IMG/VR virus record: IMGVR_UViG_3300037067_005096
Span: 1-64,000 of that record
Reading direction: 5' to 3' (one strand)
DNA: 64,000 nt
Source of the DNA: a virus
Taxonomy: Duplodnaviria > Caudoviricetes
Of the stretch, positions 16,481-27,666 are shown one piece after another. The first letter of the stretch is position 1, and each line of letters begins with the position of its first letter. The translations under genes and the position numbers were made by a program. A model generated the notes under the pieces. That model had not been told where the DNA came from and ran no database searches. It saw only the letters and a list, made by a program, of their open reading frames with translations.

Positions 16481-17773
16481 TCACAGCAGGTAAGGGGTAA
16501 TAATGTCCACTAGCCGTTGTGCTGACGATAGTTGAGCCAGATTATTGAACTCAGTTTCCACCTCCGTAAACAATGTAGATGCTTGCTCACTGCGTGCTGT
16601 AAGCATTCGTGCTCGAACATCGGCTTCCATTGTAGCCCGTTCGGATGCTGTTATAGTACCACTGAGGTCTGCATCAAATGAACTGAGATATGCGTAGTCT
16701 CGTAGAAGTTCGGCTCGTTTGTTGAGTCCGGCATCAATGACAGCTTGTTCATAGCTATCAACTGTCGGGTTGTAGGTTTTGTTCGGAAACTTGCCAGATA
16801 TTCTAAGCTCCTGCAGACGGGGAATTATGATGCCAAGCTGCATTCTGCGTTCTGTTTCGTACTCCAGCATATATGTCCGAATGCCCACAGTCAAACTCGG
16901 AAATACGTTCACATCGTACACTATCATGTTGATAAGCTGTTTAACTTGAGCAACCAACATCTGCACAGCTACGTGCATATAGTTTATCGGTTCATCCAGG
17001 TCACTGCTTGAGAATGACCCGTTCAACACACGGTGCAAGATGACACCATAATACGTATATCCAGGCACAATCTGAGCATCAAACTCCGCTGACTCTTTGA
17101 AGAAGTAATCCGGGTCTTCTGCCAGAACTTCTACTATGGTTTTTGTGATTGGGTATCCACTAAGTGGTTGTGGGTTTGGAATGCTGGCAAAGTCTGTTGA
17201 ATTTCGCTCTCTTTCGTCAACATACCAACGACCAGCCCCCAGCCATTCCCAGTAGTCGATAGCGGCTTGAGAATACGGCCCACCACCAGTCATCCACCAG
17301 CTTGCCTCATAGTATGACCCTGTGATGCTGAGAGCATCTGATGATGCCTTTATCGAGTTGTAAGTATCTGTAAGCTGACTCTCAGGAATAACGCCATAGA
17401 ATCCTGGAATTGGGTCTCCACAGTAGTCTTCTTTGGGTGTCACCGGATTATCTTTGGTTTCGAGGTAGACCGTTAAGTCTTGTAACAAGTCTCGTAAACG
17501 AGTATCACCGGGGAATATCACTTCCCACGGCAACATACTGGCTTTCATACAGTCCAGGGCCATTGCCTGAGACATATAGACAATATCTGAATCAGTGTAC
17601 AGCATAGCTGTCAATCCCTCGTCCAGACCTACATTGTCGATGATGTCCAAGACGTTGATAGGCGTATCGAGTCCGTATGATTGGCGTGAGCCAGTATACG
17701 CCTCGATTCGACTGCTGACTCCGGGATAGTCAGTATCCATAGCATCAAGTTGTCGATAGGTTACTGTAATCAC
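16481..17773 (-). CDS. Putative virion/tail protein
   Basis: 430 aa at the distal end of the tail operon. Confidence 0.55.
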   Translation of the reverse strand: MITVTYRQLDAMDTDYPGVSSRIEAYTGSRQSYGLDTPINVLDIIDNVGLDEGLTAMLYTDSDIVYMSQAMALDCMKASMLPWEVIFPGDTRLRDLLQDLTVYLETKDNPVTPKEDYCGDPIPGFYGVIPESQLTDTYNSIKASSDALSITGSYYEASWWMTGGGPYSQAAIDYWEWLGAGRWYVDERERNSTDFASIPNPQPLSGYPITKTIVEVLAEDPDYFFKESAEFDAQIVPGYTYYGVILHRVLNGSFSSSDLDEPINYMHVAVQMLVAQVKQLINMIVYDVNVFPSLTVGIRTYMLEYETERRMQLGIIIPRLQELRISGKFPNKTYNPTVDSYEQAVIDAGLNKRAELLRDYAYLSSFDADLSGTITASERATMEADVRARMLTARSEQASTLFTEVETEFNNLAQLSSAQRLVDIITPYLL

Positions 17774-17782
17774 CGAGAACTC

Positions 17783-20700
17783 CTATGGTTGCAGTGGAAT
17801 ATCGAAACCACGAACGTTGTTATTGAGATTGAAGTACACATTGCACTTCCACACAGTTCCATACGCCAGACCTAGAGCATCATACGGATTATCACAGGTA
17901 AAAACTGCCATTCCGTGCATAATCTTTCGCTCTACATGTGGGTAGGTTGGGTCACTTGCATAAAGTTTGTGATTGCCCCCAAATATAACACTGGGGCATG
18001 TCAGATTACCGCATGCAGCACCTTCACAGTTGTTTCCTGCCCAATATCCTGGGTCAGTTTTTGCACAGATAGGACTCCCGCCTGTGGTGTCTCCGAAGAA
18101 GATAGTCCTGTAACCATAGCGGAATACGTCGAAGGCATGGTGCATCATCCAGAACTCGATGACAACGGATGCAAGTGGTATGTACGACAAGAAGTATAGC
18201 CTCTTGAAGAATATCTCACTGTACATCGACCCCACCTCTGGAGAGTATAAGTCCTCCAGAAGCACTTCTTGAGCATCTGACGGAGCCAACAATCGAATCG
18301 TTGCCGGGTCAGTCAATATCAGTGGCCCACGTGGTGCATTCGCATACTGTTGGAGTAGACCAGCAGACACGCCTCCAGCAGGGACACCTTTGATTTTGTA
18401 ACCCCAGCTTGCGTAGGCTCCATCTCCCCAGGGACTACATATATAACCAGTTTCGTAGATATTCCCGCCAATGATGTTGAATGCCTCTGCGTAGCCAGAG
18501 TGTGTGCTTTCATAATCGAACTCACCTACTCGTATACCAAGACCGTTTCTACGAGCTTCAGGGTGTGCCCAACGGTCTACGCCATCCATGTTATCGGCTT
18601 GAAATTGCAGTGTGATGCCGACCCATGCTTGGGGGCCGGTTTTGACAATACAAGCTCGTTTTGCGTCTGACTCCCCGACAGTAATGACTTGCCCAACCCC
18701 GGAGAGAGCATCATCATATCCTATGCCTGTTATCTCCTCCGGGATATATGGAGTCTCCTGGCCGTCAGACTTCTCTAGCCCACGATACAGAGTCAACAGT
18801 GTGCTTCGTGGTATCATTTTGAAGTCTTTGGTGCTTGTAGAACCGGCCAAGTCCGATAACTGAGTGATACGAGAGGTGTTCTCACTGATATATTGAGTGT
18901 AGCGTGCAATGAGTGCGCCATCCCGCTCTGCTTCTGGTTTGGCGTTTTCAGCATCGAGTATACGCTGGTACTCCTCGTTGAACTGACCCAGACTTGAGCT
19001 TTCCTCATTGTAACGGTCTTTGTTGCTCATGCTAACCGCTCCAAGATTCAAAGCATAGAACCCACCTCTGCCCGTATAGTTGAACTGAATTGGATATTCT
19101 TCTAACATACTGGCAGTCTTAGGTGGTACTAACATTTCATAGTCAGCATCTTCTCCGATTGGATTTGTATTATGGTCTACCCATTCGGGAAGCAGATGAG
19201 CCGTGCCTTCAACGTCATAGTATTGCCGAGACCAGTTTTTTCGCAGCAGTCGCACATCGAATTTTGCCGGTACAATCGGACGGCGAATGAACATAGTCCA
19301 GTAATCATCTGCACACTCTGCCTTAGAAGAGAATGCTGCTACTGGGTCTCCATTTTCTATGTCTCGGTCAGGATACAACCACGGAGAGATTGAAGGAGTG
19401 ACCACACGCCGCTCTACGCCGTCAAAGGCCGCTGCTGAACTTTCTGCATCAGTTGTAGCCTGATTACGCTTCACAGCGATTCCTGAGCTTCCTAGAGCCG
19501 TTAAACGGGCATTTAGAGTTCCCTTCCAGGTCGAGTGAATGCCAATTTCTACCTGGATGGAATCTCCGTATGTCCACATCCCATTTGCATAGGCTTCTTC
19601 CATCTCACCCTGTAGACGACTTATATCATCTTGAACAGCCTGTATTTCCGCTTCCAAAGCACTGTTTGTATGGTCTGGGTCAAGGGATATGTAGTCACCG
19701 CCATAGACTCTGTAGTTACCATAGGGCTTAGGATGACGATACAAAAGTCGTCCTGTCATATAGTCAATCGCCGCTGCTTTAGCATCAGCCACTTTGAGAG
19801 TTCCTAGCTCATAGTCTTTGTCGGTAGCTACGGACTCACCTACCATGCCATTGGTGTAGGCTTGCTCTTTCGAGCCATAAGTGTAACCACCCTCAGCTAC
19901 AATATCATAATGTCCACCGTGAAGAACTCGAAACACTGGTTTTTCGCGGTCTACAGAGCCATCATCAGCCTGTCGATTGAACAGTTCGGTCACTGTGCCA
20001 TAACTGCTATCTAGTTGCTTCAGACCAAGTGACTCATCCACAGGGATAATCTGTACAGGTACAGTCATGTTCTTGCTGTAGTACTCGCTAACGATATGGG
20101 CTTCAGATGATACTCGGTCATCATTCAACGTCGTGCTTGACTCATTGACTGTTGGCAACTCGTCCGGGTCAAATGTTTCCGGTATATTCCTGTCACCTGC
20201 TGTTGCAGACTCATTGATACGAGCAGCGATTTTATAGTATGTTGCAAGTTTGGCCGGAGTGAAATCACGCCCGTTGAAGTCTTTTACTTTAGGGAATTGT
20301 TCAACATTGTAGTCCTGGGGTATAGGTGTGACCTTTCCCGATTTGATTCCAGCAAGCAGACCCCCACCAGCAAAGTCCACTACAAATCGGATGACTTGAG
20401 AGGCTACCCCATTGTCACCACAGAGAACTGACATGACATTATTCGTGATAGTTGCACTGATAGGAGTTGGACTGGCTGGAATACCCTGGAGACCTACCAC
20501 CTTGTGTTTGAGCGTGTCCATCACGACAGCTACAGCTTGTCCTCCATCTCCTGACCGGATGATAGAAACTGTATAGAATTGCTTTGGGCCAATGTTGGCA
20601 TCAACCACTGACGGAGTTCCAGTCAATACGCCCAATGTATCGAATGGAGCTTTCAGGGTCTTGACCCCCTCCATTACCCGTGCTACCTTACCACTTGCCC

Positions 20701-21244
20701 GGCCTACAACATCAAACTTCAGGTATGTGCTTGTGCTGTCCAGGTGCGCCATAAGCATCCCACGAGGAGTGATTTTCAGTCCTGTGACTCGTGTGCCTGC
20801 TGGTGTTGCTTGGCTGCATATATCAGGAAGATTTTCCCAGTCAACACTGTCCAGAGGAAAACCGTTGGTATCGAAACCTGCTTCTCCTGCTCCAGCATAC
20901 TTGTCCGTAACACGTATGAGGTCATAATCTTGGAAACGGTCTACTACAGCCAGATAGCTGGCTCCAGCACCTATCATTACTGGTGTATTCCATCGGCGTC
21001 CGGGAAGCGTGCGAATATGATACCCGTTCAGGCCACTATACTCGTCTATCTGCTTCTTGTTAGGCTCATCTTCCAGGTATCCAAGCACAAATACAATGGT
21101 TGCATCGGCCATCTGTCCTTGCGTCTGGATTCGCTTTTTCAACAGCCCTTCAGGAGGAGTTTCACCAGTATATTTACCTTCTGGAGCGGGTAGTTCTTCT
21201 TTGCATTTGCCGCAAACGAAGCACTCGAATTCCTTGCATCCCAT
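17783..21244 (-). CDS. Large putative tail/baseplate protein
   Basis: 1153 aa; N-terminal Cys cluster, coiled-coil inserts, Cys-rich C-terminus; tail operon position. Confidence 0.65.
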   Translation of the reverse strand: MGCKEFECFVCGKCKEELPAPEGKYTGETPPEGLLKKRIQTQGQMADATIVFVLGYLEDEPNKKQIDEYSGLNGYHIRTLPGRRWNTPVMIGAGASYLAVVDRFQDYDLIRVTDKYAGAGEAGFDTNGFPLDSVDWENLPDICSQATPAGTRVTGLKITPRGMLMAHLDSTSTYLKFDVVGRASGKVARVMEGVKTLKAPFDTLGVLTGTPSVVDANIGPKQFYTVSIIRSGDGGQAVAVVMDTLKHKVVGLQGIPASPTPISATITNNVMSVLCGDNGVASQVIRFVVDFAGGGLLAGIKSGKVTPIPQDYNVEQFPKVKDFNGRDFTPAKLATYYKIAARINESATAGDRNIPETFDPDELPTVNESSTTLNDDRVSSEAHIVSEYYSKNMTVPVQIIPVDESLGLKQLDSSYGTVTELFNRQADDGSVDREKPVFRVLHGGHYDIVAEGGYTYGSKEQAYTNGMVGESVATDKDYELGTLKVADAKAAAIDYMTGRLLYRHPKPYGNYRVYGGDYISLDPDHTNSALEAEIQAVQDDISRLQGEMEEAYANGMWTYGDSIQVEIGIHSTWKGTLNARLTALGSSGIAVKRNQATTDAESSAAAFDGVERRVVTPSISPWLYPDRDIENGDPVAAFSSKAECADDYWTMFIRRPIVPAKFDVRLLRKNWSRQYYDVEGTAHLLPEWVDHNTNPIGEDADYEMLVPPKTASMLEEYPIQFNYTGRGGFYALNLGAVSMSNKDRYNEESSSLGQFNEEYQRILDAENAKPEAERDGALIARYTQYISENTSRITQLSDLAGSTSTKDFKMIPRSTLLTLYRGLEKSDGQETPYIPEEITGIGYDDALSGVGQVITVGESDAKRACIVKTGPQAWVGITLQFQADNMDGVDRWAHPEARRNGLGIRVGEFDYESTHSGYAEAFNIIGGNIYETGYICSPWGDGAYASWGYKIKGVPAGGVSAGLLQQYANAPRGPLILTDPATIRLLAPSDAQEVLLEDLYSPEVGSMYSEIFFKRLYFLSYIPLASVVIEFWMMHHAFDVFRYGYRTIFFGDTTGGSPICAKTDPGYWAGNNCEGAACGNLTCPSVIFGGNHKLYASDPTYPHVERKIMHGMAVFTCDNPYDALGLAYGTVWKCNVYFNLNNNVRGFDIPLQP

Positions 21245-21438
21245 TATGTTGTGACCTCAGTGCCTACATAGTATGTAGTGCCTTTCTTGTAGACGTGATA
21301 GGATTTGCCTATCTGAACCTGCTGTGTGGTGTTGATGAATGCTCTTATGGTAAAGTAGCCGTCACTGATGATGGCGAAATTCCCATTTGTAGGTTCAAAT
21401 CCGATGCACACACCGTAGTCTACCAATTGTTCAGCCAT
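21244..21438 (-). CDS. Small tail-associated protein
   Basis: GGAGG RBS; tight packing. Confidence 0.55.
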   Translation of the reverse strand: MAEQLVDYGVCIGFEPTNGNFAIISDGYFTIRAFINTTQQVQIGKSYHVYKKGTTYYVGTEVTT

Positions 21439-21449
21439 AAGAGTCCTCC

Positions 21450-23270
21450 TTACGATGCCGGAACGATGAGTCTGCGCAAGCTCAGTGTTGTGATAGCAGA
21501 ATCACTCGTAATAGCGTGTTCTACTGAGTCAGCGATGCCACTAGACCCAGATGCAATGATGGATTCTCCGGCAGCCGGACTCGTATCTATGGTTGCTGTT
21601 ACCTTGACCGATTCCCAGTAAGCTCCGGCACGTTCCAACGCCTTTTGGCGCACACACATAGCCCAAAGTTTATTCAATCCGTCATAGCCCATGTATGGCA
21701 CAGATATTTGAAAACACTTCTTCTCTCGTTGGTCTTCATCATAGGTCGATGCTGTGCTATCGTAGCTATACAGACTCCTGTTGGTTACAGTCTGTCTCGG
21801 TGGAGTGTTCACATTGACCGCTACCCCGTTCAACAACTTATATTTGCCAATCAGAACTGTCGGTTTTTGCTGCCGTAGGTTCGATTGAGATGTATCAAAC
21901 ACGAAGTCCGGCCCCTGGTTAGCTCTATCGACATAGAACTGGATGGCAGCATTCGTCATACTTGGAGAGTCTGCTGCTTCAGTCTGAGTATCTTGTAGAG
22001 TCCATGAGCCTCTGCCGTCGTTATAGTATGTCTTGGTGACAGACGTATTCTGTATCCCGCTTTCTGAGTATCCGTACCACTTTCTAACCAGGGTTTGCTC
22101 GTACTCGCTTTCATCTGGGTATAGAGATGTCAGCGTTTCCTCATAGGTCAGCACTTGTGCAACTCGTTCTCCAGACTTGTAGACGTGCATCGGGAACTTT
22201 CGCTGCTCATACGTATACCAGGTCTCTACAACTTGCACCAAGCCTTCGTAAGAGTCAAAGGTATTCGTAATCGAGTGAATGACGTTAGACTCAGAGATGA
22301 TGACGTTAGCTATCGCACCTTGTGCAAGAGCCTGGATATACTCGTCTATGTCACTACCACCGGAATAGAATGACCCTTCATTGTTCACAACTTGCACCAC
22401 GAACTCGACGGTGGTATCTGTTTCTGTCCATTGGTCTGTTCCTGATTCATCATTACTATCACGAGAATCGCTATGGTAGGTGTGATAGCAAGTATCCCAT
22501 GAAGTTATCGTAGTTGTAAGTGCGTCTGGGTCGTCTGTGTATTTATCAGCCCCAGTAAGCAGAATGTCGGTGTCACCCAGCTTGTTATCCGGCATATACC
22601 TACGAAAACTGCGCAGCTTGTCTTCAATGTTGGCTATCTCGTAGAGATTCGACACTTCTCCACCCTTAGTGTAGTCGATGCCAATGATGGATAGACCGTC
22701 ACGTTCTGATACACGCACAAAATAGTGTATGTAGTCGAACATGTTGAATGGCTGGCATAGTTGTTCTGCAATCTCACAGACATTCTGATGGACTATTTCA
22801 TAGTTACCGTAGACTTGACAGTTTGGCAAATCACAACGTCCAAATGGAATGCCTGCTGCTTTACAAGCCTTTGAAAGAATGGCATGCGTTGTGGTATTTG
22901 CTCGTGCCTGGCTTTCATTGACAGCCAGGTCGAACATCAGTGTCAGTTTCGTTCTGTGGCACTGGTTTGACGGAATAGATGACAGCACAATGGTGTAGTT
23001 GTAGAGGTCAGGATTCTCAGTGTCATCCATATCCTCTACTGTGCCACTGAAGATGTTATGTACCGGCACGGTACCGTATCCGGCATAGACATCCAGCATT
23101 GCTCCGTTTGGTCGAATTGTTGTCCCGGAGAGACTTTGTGTATCGCCTGGGAATTGAAACTCTCCAATAGGTGCGCCAATACGTTCGAGAGGAGCCAATA
23201 CAGCATTGCAGGTCTTGGCCCTCTCGCTCAGGCTGTCTACTATAGTTACTTGTTCAATTCCTAAGCTCAT
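21450..23270 (-). CDS. Putative tail hub/baseplate protein
   Basis: YAGYG...IFSGTVE hub-like N-terminus; C-terminal GIADSVEHAIT...TTLSL. Confidence 0.6.
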   Translation of the reverse strand: MSLGIEQVTIVDSLSERAKTCNAVLAPLERIGAPIGEFQFPGDTQSLSGTTIRPNGAMLDVYAGYGTVPVHNIFSGTVEDMDDTENPDLYNYTIVLSSIPSNQCHRTKLTLMFDLAVNESQARANTTTHAILSKACKAAGIPFGRCDLPNCQVYGNYEIVHQNVCEIAEQLCQPFNMFDYIHYFVRVSERDGLSIIGIDYTKGGEVSNLYEIANIEDKLRSFRRYMPDNKLGDTDILLTGADKYTDDPDALTTTITSWDTCYHTYHSDSRDSNDESGTDQWTETDTTVEFVVQVVNNEGSFYSGGSDIDEYIQALAQGAIANVIISESNVIHSITNTFDSYEGLVQVVETWYTYEQRKFPMHVYKSGERVAQVLTYEETLTSLYPDESEYEQTLVRKWYGYSESGIQNTSVTKTYYNDGRGSWTLQDTQTEAADSPSMTNAAIQFYVDRANQGPDFVFDTSQSNLRQQKPTVLIGKYKLLNGVAVNVNTPPRQTVTNRSLYSYDSTASTYDEDQREKKCFQISVPYMGYDGLNKLWAMCVRQKALERAGAYWESVKVTATIDTSPAAGESIIASGSSGIADSVEHAITSDSAITTLSLRRLIVPAS

Positions 23271-23274
23271 ACCG

Positions 23275-25866
23275 CTACCACTTCATAATCCTTGCCCGAA
23301 CATCGAGCGTCTGTTTGTAGTTTCCTCCAACAGAGAAGTCCAGATTGCTATTGGACGCTGTTACTCGTGCCAAGAAGTGTCCTGTGGCACGCCAGGTATA
23401 AGTCTTGATGATATTGGCCCGTGCTGTAAAGCTGCTGCTCTTAGTATACCCGGTATTGACCCAGAATTTCAACCGGAGTTTTCTTGTTCGTCCGGTTCTC
23501 TGGACAGAGAAGCTGGCTCGACACATAGCTGATTTCCAGTTCTTTATCTGAGCCATCATGCTGATGGTTTGTTCCTGTCGGGGCACAATACGAGCTTTGG
23601 CTTTGATACACTGTGCGAAGACAATTCGCATTCGAGCGTCGATAGTGCTTGTATAGGTCTGCTTGATACGGCTCTGCCCACTGACTGTTTGGGTGTAAAT
23701 CTGCTTGATACGAGCCATTGCAGTGAGCTTAACAGTATCCGGTTCTACGATACCCAAAACAGGCGCAAATTCATTTCCACCGGGTTGGTTTACATCCCAG
23801 CGTGAGAAGTACCAATATAGCCGGTCATCGGCGTCTCTACAGAACTTTGGAAACTGGAGAGTCTTCATATTTGTGCCTACTTTGTTGATATTGCACACAT
23901 CATAGAAGTCCACACCAGTTGTTATGAGTTGTTTGCTCCCCGAATCGTAATCGAAGTATCCATATCGAATACGACCAATGTTTTCGAGGTTTTGGATGAC
24001 GATAAGACTGTCAGCCGGGAGTATAAGCCATGATGTACTTTTGACGGCTATACCACGTTCAAGTTGATTGCTGTTGACGTTTTCACCCAGACCCAGAGCA
24101 TAGTTTCGTGCTCTATAACCGGCTGGCTGTTGGCTGGCGTATGAGTACCAGCAGTATTGATGGTTATTTCGTGCAAACACACCATAACCAGGAATCTCTG
24201 CCCACGAATAAGTATTACCCAACCCACTCCAAGCTGGCGTTGTTGCACTGTCCAGAGTTTGTTGTAGAGAAAAAGCACTGCCAGTATCCTTGTAACGAGC
24301 CAAATCACCTCCAGTCTCGAAACATACATACTCATCATTGACTGAATCATAGAAGATGGCAGCGTACGTAGCGGCTGTAAGAGTGTAGTAAAGAACACTC
24401 CCACTACTTTTATCTACGGCTTCGATACGAGCCGTGGTGATGTCCACCACCTTATCCGGGCGCACTACAAACATTGAAGCTATCTGGTTGAAGCTGTAAG
24501 ACCCGTGCATGGTAACCAGACTGTCGTCACCTGTGTCATAACGACCACCCCATTGTAGATAGCCGCTGAATGCTCCATAGGAGAAATAGAGCACAGTGCT
24601 ACCATCCCATTTGAGGTAGGTAACATTGTTGACATCCAATGCTGGACTGGATGTAGTTCTAAGCTCTTTGATGATTGTCCAGTTTGCTGGGTCAGCATCA
24701 GAGATGTCAAGAATACAGATTCCTCCTGTAGTCATTGCTACAGCCAACTTGTTACCATCAGCACTAAGGTCGAGTGCAACCACATCATTTGTCCAGATAG
24801 CCGGAGTACTGCTATCGTAGATACGAGTGATTGTCTGTGCTGTAAGGTCGATTATGAATAGGCCCCCGTTCGTTGCGTCATTTCCACCGCACAGTAGGGC
24901 GTTTTTGCTTTCATGATAGATGACATTCGATACATCATTCATCGAGCTTGGCACATCTAGTGTGGTCTCTGAACTGATATACTGAGGGCTTGTATGTTCC
25001 TGGTAGCCGACAACTATGCGTCCGTCTGAAAGTTCTTGAAGGTCTGCAGCCGCTACGCTAAGAATTCCTTCCAAATCAAATGCTGGTGAGCCTGTATAGT
25101 TGGTTAGCTTTTGAACAGATGTCCAAGTAGACCCATCATCACTGGAAAAGAATGCACCAACGTCACACCGCAGCATACCAGCCGGAAGGTTGGACATTCC
25201 CACATAGCCACTTTCAACTCCGGCTCTTCCATCTAATGCAGTTCGATATGCTCCCACCATTGCAAGATGCCCGTTAGAAAGCCGCTTCACACTCAAACTC
25301 ATTGGCTCTCCATTTGCAGGAAAGACGGTCTTGGACGCCGCTGACCAGCTATTGATGGTGAAGTCAGTATTGGTGTACTGGTAAACATACGGTGAGCTAA
25401 TAGAACTTCGGGCTAGGCAACAAATCAAGTACCCACCTGTGATGTGAATAACGCTAATCCACTTTTTGTCTGTTGGACTTCCTGTGATAGGGTCGTATGG
25501 AGACGTGTCTGCACCAGTGTCTTTGTCGAATGTAAATCGAGTTAGAGTGTTGTCACGCATGAATACAACACCGATGTCAGAACTAGAATCACTGAGGTCT
25601 AACTGAATGATGGCTGGTTCATCATCCCAGTATCCATTTGAAATCTCGACTTCAGTTGACCACGTGAGACCATTATCGTTGGAGCGAGTCATATACAAAC
25701 GCCGCTCATTGCTCACTCCACCCAAGTAATTGCGAGCGAAAACACAGTATATGTAGCCATCTGTATGCAACAACATCGCTCCTTGCCCCGCTGCTGCATA
25801 GTTGGCAAACTGTGATGATAGGCTTTGTATTCCGACATGTTGTCGTTGTAAGTCTATGACGGCCAT
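23275..25866 (-). CDS. Tail protein: BNR/Asp-box beta-propeller plus C-terminal xARI repeats
   Basis: RSNDNGLTW and SSDDGSTW Asp-boxes; repeated QT....RI strands. Confidence 0.7.
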   Translation of the reverse strand: MAVIDLQRQHVGIQSLSSQFANYAAAGQGAMLLHTDGYIYCVFARNYLGGVSNERRLYMTRSNDNGLTWSTEVEISNGYWDDEPAIIQLDLSDSSSDIGVVFMRDNTLTRFTFDKDTGADTSPYDPITGSPTDKKWISVIHITGGYLICCLARSSISSPYVYQYTNTDFTINSWSAASKTVFPANGEPMSLSVKRLSNGHLAMVGAYRTALDGRAGVESGYVGMSNLPAGMLRCDVGAFFSSDDGSTWTSVQKLTNYTGSPAFDLEGILSVAAADLQELSDGRIVVGYQEHTSPQYISSETTLDVPSSMNDVSNVIYHESKNALLCGGNDATNGGLFIIDLTAQTITRIYDSSTPAIWTNDVVALDLSADGNKLAVAMTTGGICILDISDADPANWTIIKELRTTSSPALDVNNVTYLKWDGSTVLYFSYGAFSGYLQWGGRYDTGDDSLVTMHGSYSFNQIASMFVVRPDKVVDITTARIEAVDKSSGSVLYYTLTAATYAAIFYDSVNDEYVCFETGGDLARYKDTGSAFSLQQTLDSATTPAWSGLGNTYSWAEIPGYGVFARNNHQYCWYSYASQQPAGYRARNYALGLGENVNSNQLERGIAVKSTSWLILPADSLIVIQNLENIGRIRYGYFDYDSGSKQLITTGVDFYDVCNINKVGTNMKTLQFPKFCRDADDRLYWYFSRWDVNQPGGNEFAPVLGIVEPDTVKLTAMARIKQIYTQTVSGQSRIKQTYTSTIDARMRIVFAQCIKAKARIVPRQEQTISMMAQIKNWKSAMCRASFSVQRTGRTRKLRLKFWVNTGYTKSSSFTARANIIKTYTWRATGHFLARVTASNSNLDFSVGGNYKQTLDVRARIMKW

Positions 25867-26720
25867 TACTTGATTACCTTCGCTCTCACATTCAAAGTTT
25901 GCTGCGTTCTTGTCGTAGTTACTGGGTCAGCAATAGCCAGAACTGAATCAAATATCGCAGCCATAGGTACTGAAAAGTGCCCCGTAACTCTACAGCCATA
26001 AGTCTGGAGAATACGTGCTTTGGCAGTGAATTGCCAGTTACGAACCTTCCCCCCTGTATAGAATACCACACGAAGATGGCGTTGTGTCGTTTGTTGAACG
26101 CTGAAAGATGCTGGCACGTGGGTAGTAAAGAATCTTGGTAAGATGTTTGCTCGCACCTGAAGTGTCTGAGCCGCTACAATACGTGCTTTAGCCTGCATCT
26201 CGATTGTTTTTGCGTACGTAACCCGACTCTTTGCTCGTAGGGTTTGCACAGGGAATGCAATGTACTGGTACACTCGTGCTCGACTATCTAACCGGGTGTC
26301 CTGCCATAGGGCATATCCAGGGTCACCCGTATCAGGAATCGGCCAACCTTGTTGTCGTGAAATCCAGGCTCCGGCTGTGATTCGTTGAGGTGCAAACACA
26401 TAGGCTTTGCTTTCCAGCATTGCTGTTTGAAGTTTACTCAATCGAGCACGAGCAGAAATGGTTCGAGCAGCACTGACAATTGCAGCCCGCATTTGTAAGG
26501 TTTGGCTAGAGAAAATGCCAGCATCATAGGGTGACCGGGTGTCGTCGTAGATATAGCTATCTAACTGGTCATAGATGATGACGGCTTGAATTCGAGCTTT
26601 GGCAGATAGCTGTACAATAGTGTTTCCGCTTGCTCGATACGGAGTTGAGCTTCTATATGCAGTTCCAGAGCGGTATTGTATAGCCACATCAGCATTCCTT
26701 AACTGATTCTGCGAATCCAA
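25866..26720 (-). CDS. xARI-repeat virion protein
   Basis: About 15 repeats of (Q)TL.AKARI-like units; paralogous to the C-terminus of 23275..25866. Confidence 0.7.
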   Translation of the reverse strand: MDSQNQLRNADVAIQYRSGTAYRSSTPYRASGNTIVQLSAKARIQAVIIYDQLDSYIYDDTRSPYDAGIFSSQTLQMRAAIVSAARTISARARLSKLQTAMLESKAYVFAPQRITAGAWISRQQGWPIPDTGDPGYALWQDTRLDSRARVYQYIAFPVQTLRAKSRVTYAKTIEMQAKARIVAAQTLQVRANILPRFFTTHVPASFSVQQTTQRHLRVVFYTGGKVRNWQFTAKARILQTYGCRVTGHFSVPMAAIFDSVLAIADPVTTTRTQQTLNVRAKVIK

Positions 26721-27526
26721 TCACATGACGCAATGGATTCCACAGAACCACAGTTATATGAGTTCAATGCCAAGCCTATTTGGTCAGGGCCAGATGTAAA
26801 GAATGTGGTGATGGACTCAGATAGCACCTGGTGGAAATAGGCTCCATCAGTTGATATTGACCACACCAAATCTGTTGCCGTTTTTTCTACTTGGAAGTAG
26901 TAGATACCATAAGGAAATCGTGTATTGCTCCAGCCACCTGACGAGTATGTCGTCTCATTTGTATACCTCATGTGATTGAGGTAGTTTACTCCGGCCCTCC
27001 AGTTGATACCAAACAGTTCTATTTTGCTGGTACCACTTTCCCGCAAACACAGTCCAGCGAATGGGTATGCGCCGGTGTCAAGTTCCCATTCCAGACAGAC
27101 CTTCATTCGGATTTTCCAAGTCCCGTCTGGAGCAGTTTGGACAATCATCTTCACATCATCACTGGCTGCATGAGATGCTTGAGAAAGCAAAAGTCTTCCG
27201 CCAGCTACAGCAACGGCTGCGCTGCCTTGATTGACCCAACCCCATTTGCCATCAAGAGAACTTCCATCAAAGTCATCACTGAATGAAAGAGCCTCATCAA
27301 TGGGATGATTTAGGTGTTCATCCAACTTAGTGACAATCTTGCCTATCTTGTAGTCGTGACTGGTTGTGACGGCTGAATCATCTACACCGACTTTAGCTTC
27401 TAGGGATTCGATGGCGTCATTAGCGTTGGCGTGCTCCAGGTCGTGCTCAACTCCAACAGCATCCATCGCGTCTGTTGATGCTGGGTTGGTTAACGTATCT
27501 AAACTGGTTGGAAAGTTCGTGCTCAT
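26699..27526 (-). CDS. Putative receptor-binding protein (anchor domain plus ConA/lectin-like domain)
   Basis: MSTNFPTSLD...NDAIESLEAKVG anchor; FSDDFDGSSLDGKWGWVN...AGL...YSTDG-like...DQIGL. Confidence 0.65.
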   Translation of the reverse strand: MSTNFPTSLDTLTNPASTDAMDAVGVEHDLEHANANDAIESLEAKVGVDDSAVTTSHDYKIGKIVTKLDEHLNHPIDEALSFSDDFDGSSLDGKWGWVNQGSAAVAVAGGRLLLSQASHAASDDVKMIVQTAPDGTWKIRMKVCLEWELDTGAYPFAGLCLRESGTSKIELFGINWRAGVNYLNHMRYTNETTYSSGGWSNTRFPYGIYYFQVEKTATDLVWSISTDGAYFHQVLSESITTFFTSGPDQIGLALNSYNCGSVESIASCDWIRRIS

Positions 27527-27666
27527 CCTTTTCCTCTCGGATATACTTGACCGGACGTGGGTCGTGCTGAACCGCCTCCGCCGCTGACACGTATGCCTAC
27601 GTTGATAGTCCTTATGAGTTTGACTGTTGCGTAGGCTTTATCTTGACCACCGATTGAATAAGCCAT
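27523..27666 (-). CDS. Small virion protein (47 aa, MAYSIGG...RPTSGQVYPRGKG)
   Basis: Hand-translated; overlaps both neighbours' stop and start codons. Confidence 0.55.
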   Translation of the reverse strand: MAYSIGGQDKAYATVKLIRTINVGIRVSGGGGSARPTSGQVYPRGKG

